A DNA stretch of 64,000 nt from the NCBI GenBank assembly GCA_019828565.1, contig JAHDYR010000012.1:1359780-1423779 (forward strand), read 5' to 3'. The stretch is from Carpediemonas membranifera BICM. Taxonomy: Eukaryota > Protista > Fornicata. Shown piece by piece: positions 63,020 through 64,000 of the stretch. The position numbers and the translations under genes are program-made. Numbering within the stretch: position 1 is the first letter of the stretch; every line of letters begins with the position of its first letter. The notes under the pieces were generated by a model. The model saw only the letters and a program-made list of their open reading frames with translations, made no database searches and was not told the DNA's origin.

Positions 63020-64000
63020 TGGACATACCGTAGGAACTGTTCGAAGTGCTTGACCCCTTCCTTGATGGCGAACGCCTCCTTCTGGGTCATGTTCCACCTC
63101 GCCCTTGACGTGTCTTCCTGGATGGCTTTGGAGAAGTACCCAACCGGAAGGAGCTTGTCGCCCCGCTTGGCCATGAGGACTGCACCCACTCCGTGTTCGC
63201 ACGCGTCAGTGTATAGCTCGAGTGGTTCTTCTGCCCCAGGAATGCACAATGCCTCGGCCTTCGCAATCTCAGCCTTGATGGTGTTAACGGCTTCGACGCA
63301 CTCCGGTGTCCAGTCTCGCTCGAACAATGCGTCCTTCTTCTCTAAGCGATGAAGGCACCTCTCACGCCACGCCAGGTGGGGTATACAGTCGTGCACGAAG
63401 TTGACTGTACCCAGGAACCCCCTGACCGCAGGAATGGAGTCTGGCATGGGCATGCTCTGGATGTGCTCGACCCGCTTCGGGTCAATCCGCTTGTGCTCTC
63501 CGCTAACAATCCATCCCACATACTCGATCTCCTCCTTGTCAAACACGCACTTCGCCTCGCCCAGTCCCACCTTGTGCTTAAGGAGCCGGTCGACCACCTC
63601 GTCCAGGTTGGCGTCATGCTGCTTCTGGTCGGCTCCGAACACGACTATATCGTCTATGTACACGAGGCACGCGCGCCCGATAAGGTCACCCAGTACAGAC
63701 TCGATGGCCATCTGCATGTGGGCCGCCGCGCACTTGAGCCCAAACGGTATCCTGTTGTATTCAAACTGACCTTCCTGCGTCGCGAACGCTGTGAGGCCCT
63801 TCGAACCCTCATCCAACTCAACCTGGTTGAACGCGGCCTTCAAGTCCAGCGTACTGAACTTGGTGTTGCCCTCCAGCATCTCTATCAGTGAGGAGATGGT
63901 GGGCAGCGGGTAGTCATAGTCAACTGTCAGCTTGTTCAGCTGCCGATAGTCACATAGTCTCTTGTCTCCCCCTTTCTTGTCGGCAAGCACCACCCTCGAG
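63020..64000 (-). mobile_element. Gypsy RT-RNase H fragment (element H), running off the window end
   Basis: DYRQLN, LDLKAAFNQ, IPFGL, YIDD, YTDACEHGVGAVL; truncated near 63020. Confidence 0.9.

Overview
This is compact, GC-rich eukaryotic DNA using the standard genetic code. Its 28-32 nt GT-AG introns, two of which end CTAACGCAG, suggest a metamonad/fornicate protist such as a Carpediemonas-like organism (inference only). From 3.7 to 20.6 kb there is a run of host genes all on the + strand: a divergent tubulin-like protein, a secreted 2H phosphoesterase, eIF2-alpha, BBS1, NASP, a fascin-like protein, UBE2H, a hypothetical protein, cyclophilin B, STI1/HOP, SAM synthetase and TRM112. PSMD5 lies at 40.7 kb. 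A Fanzor1-type (TnpB-family RNA-guided nuclease) gene interrupts this run. It has one in-frame stop, hairpins 3' of the ORF, and 39-bp TG..CA direct repeats with a target-site duplication, so it looks like a Fanzor carried in a mini-LTR element. From 21 to 64 kb is mostly a pile-up of nested mobile elements. These include chromodomain Ty3/Gypsy elements with very short LTRs (61-121 bp), a tyrosine-recombinase (DIRS/Ngaro-type) retroelement, RLE-type non-LTR retrotransposons, and an AT-richer cargo block (dead tyrosine-recombinase fold, SET domain, two OTU-like proteins). The most striking pattern: all five Gypsy elements with an intact 5' LTR lack a tRNA primer-binding site. Each instead has a different perfect 10-12 bp palindrome at the LTR/PBS junction, suggesting an unusual tRNA-independent priming mechanism. 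All family assignments come from motif recognition by eye; no database searches were run.
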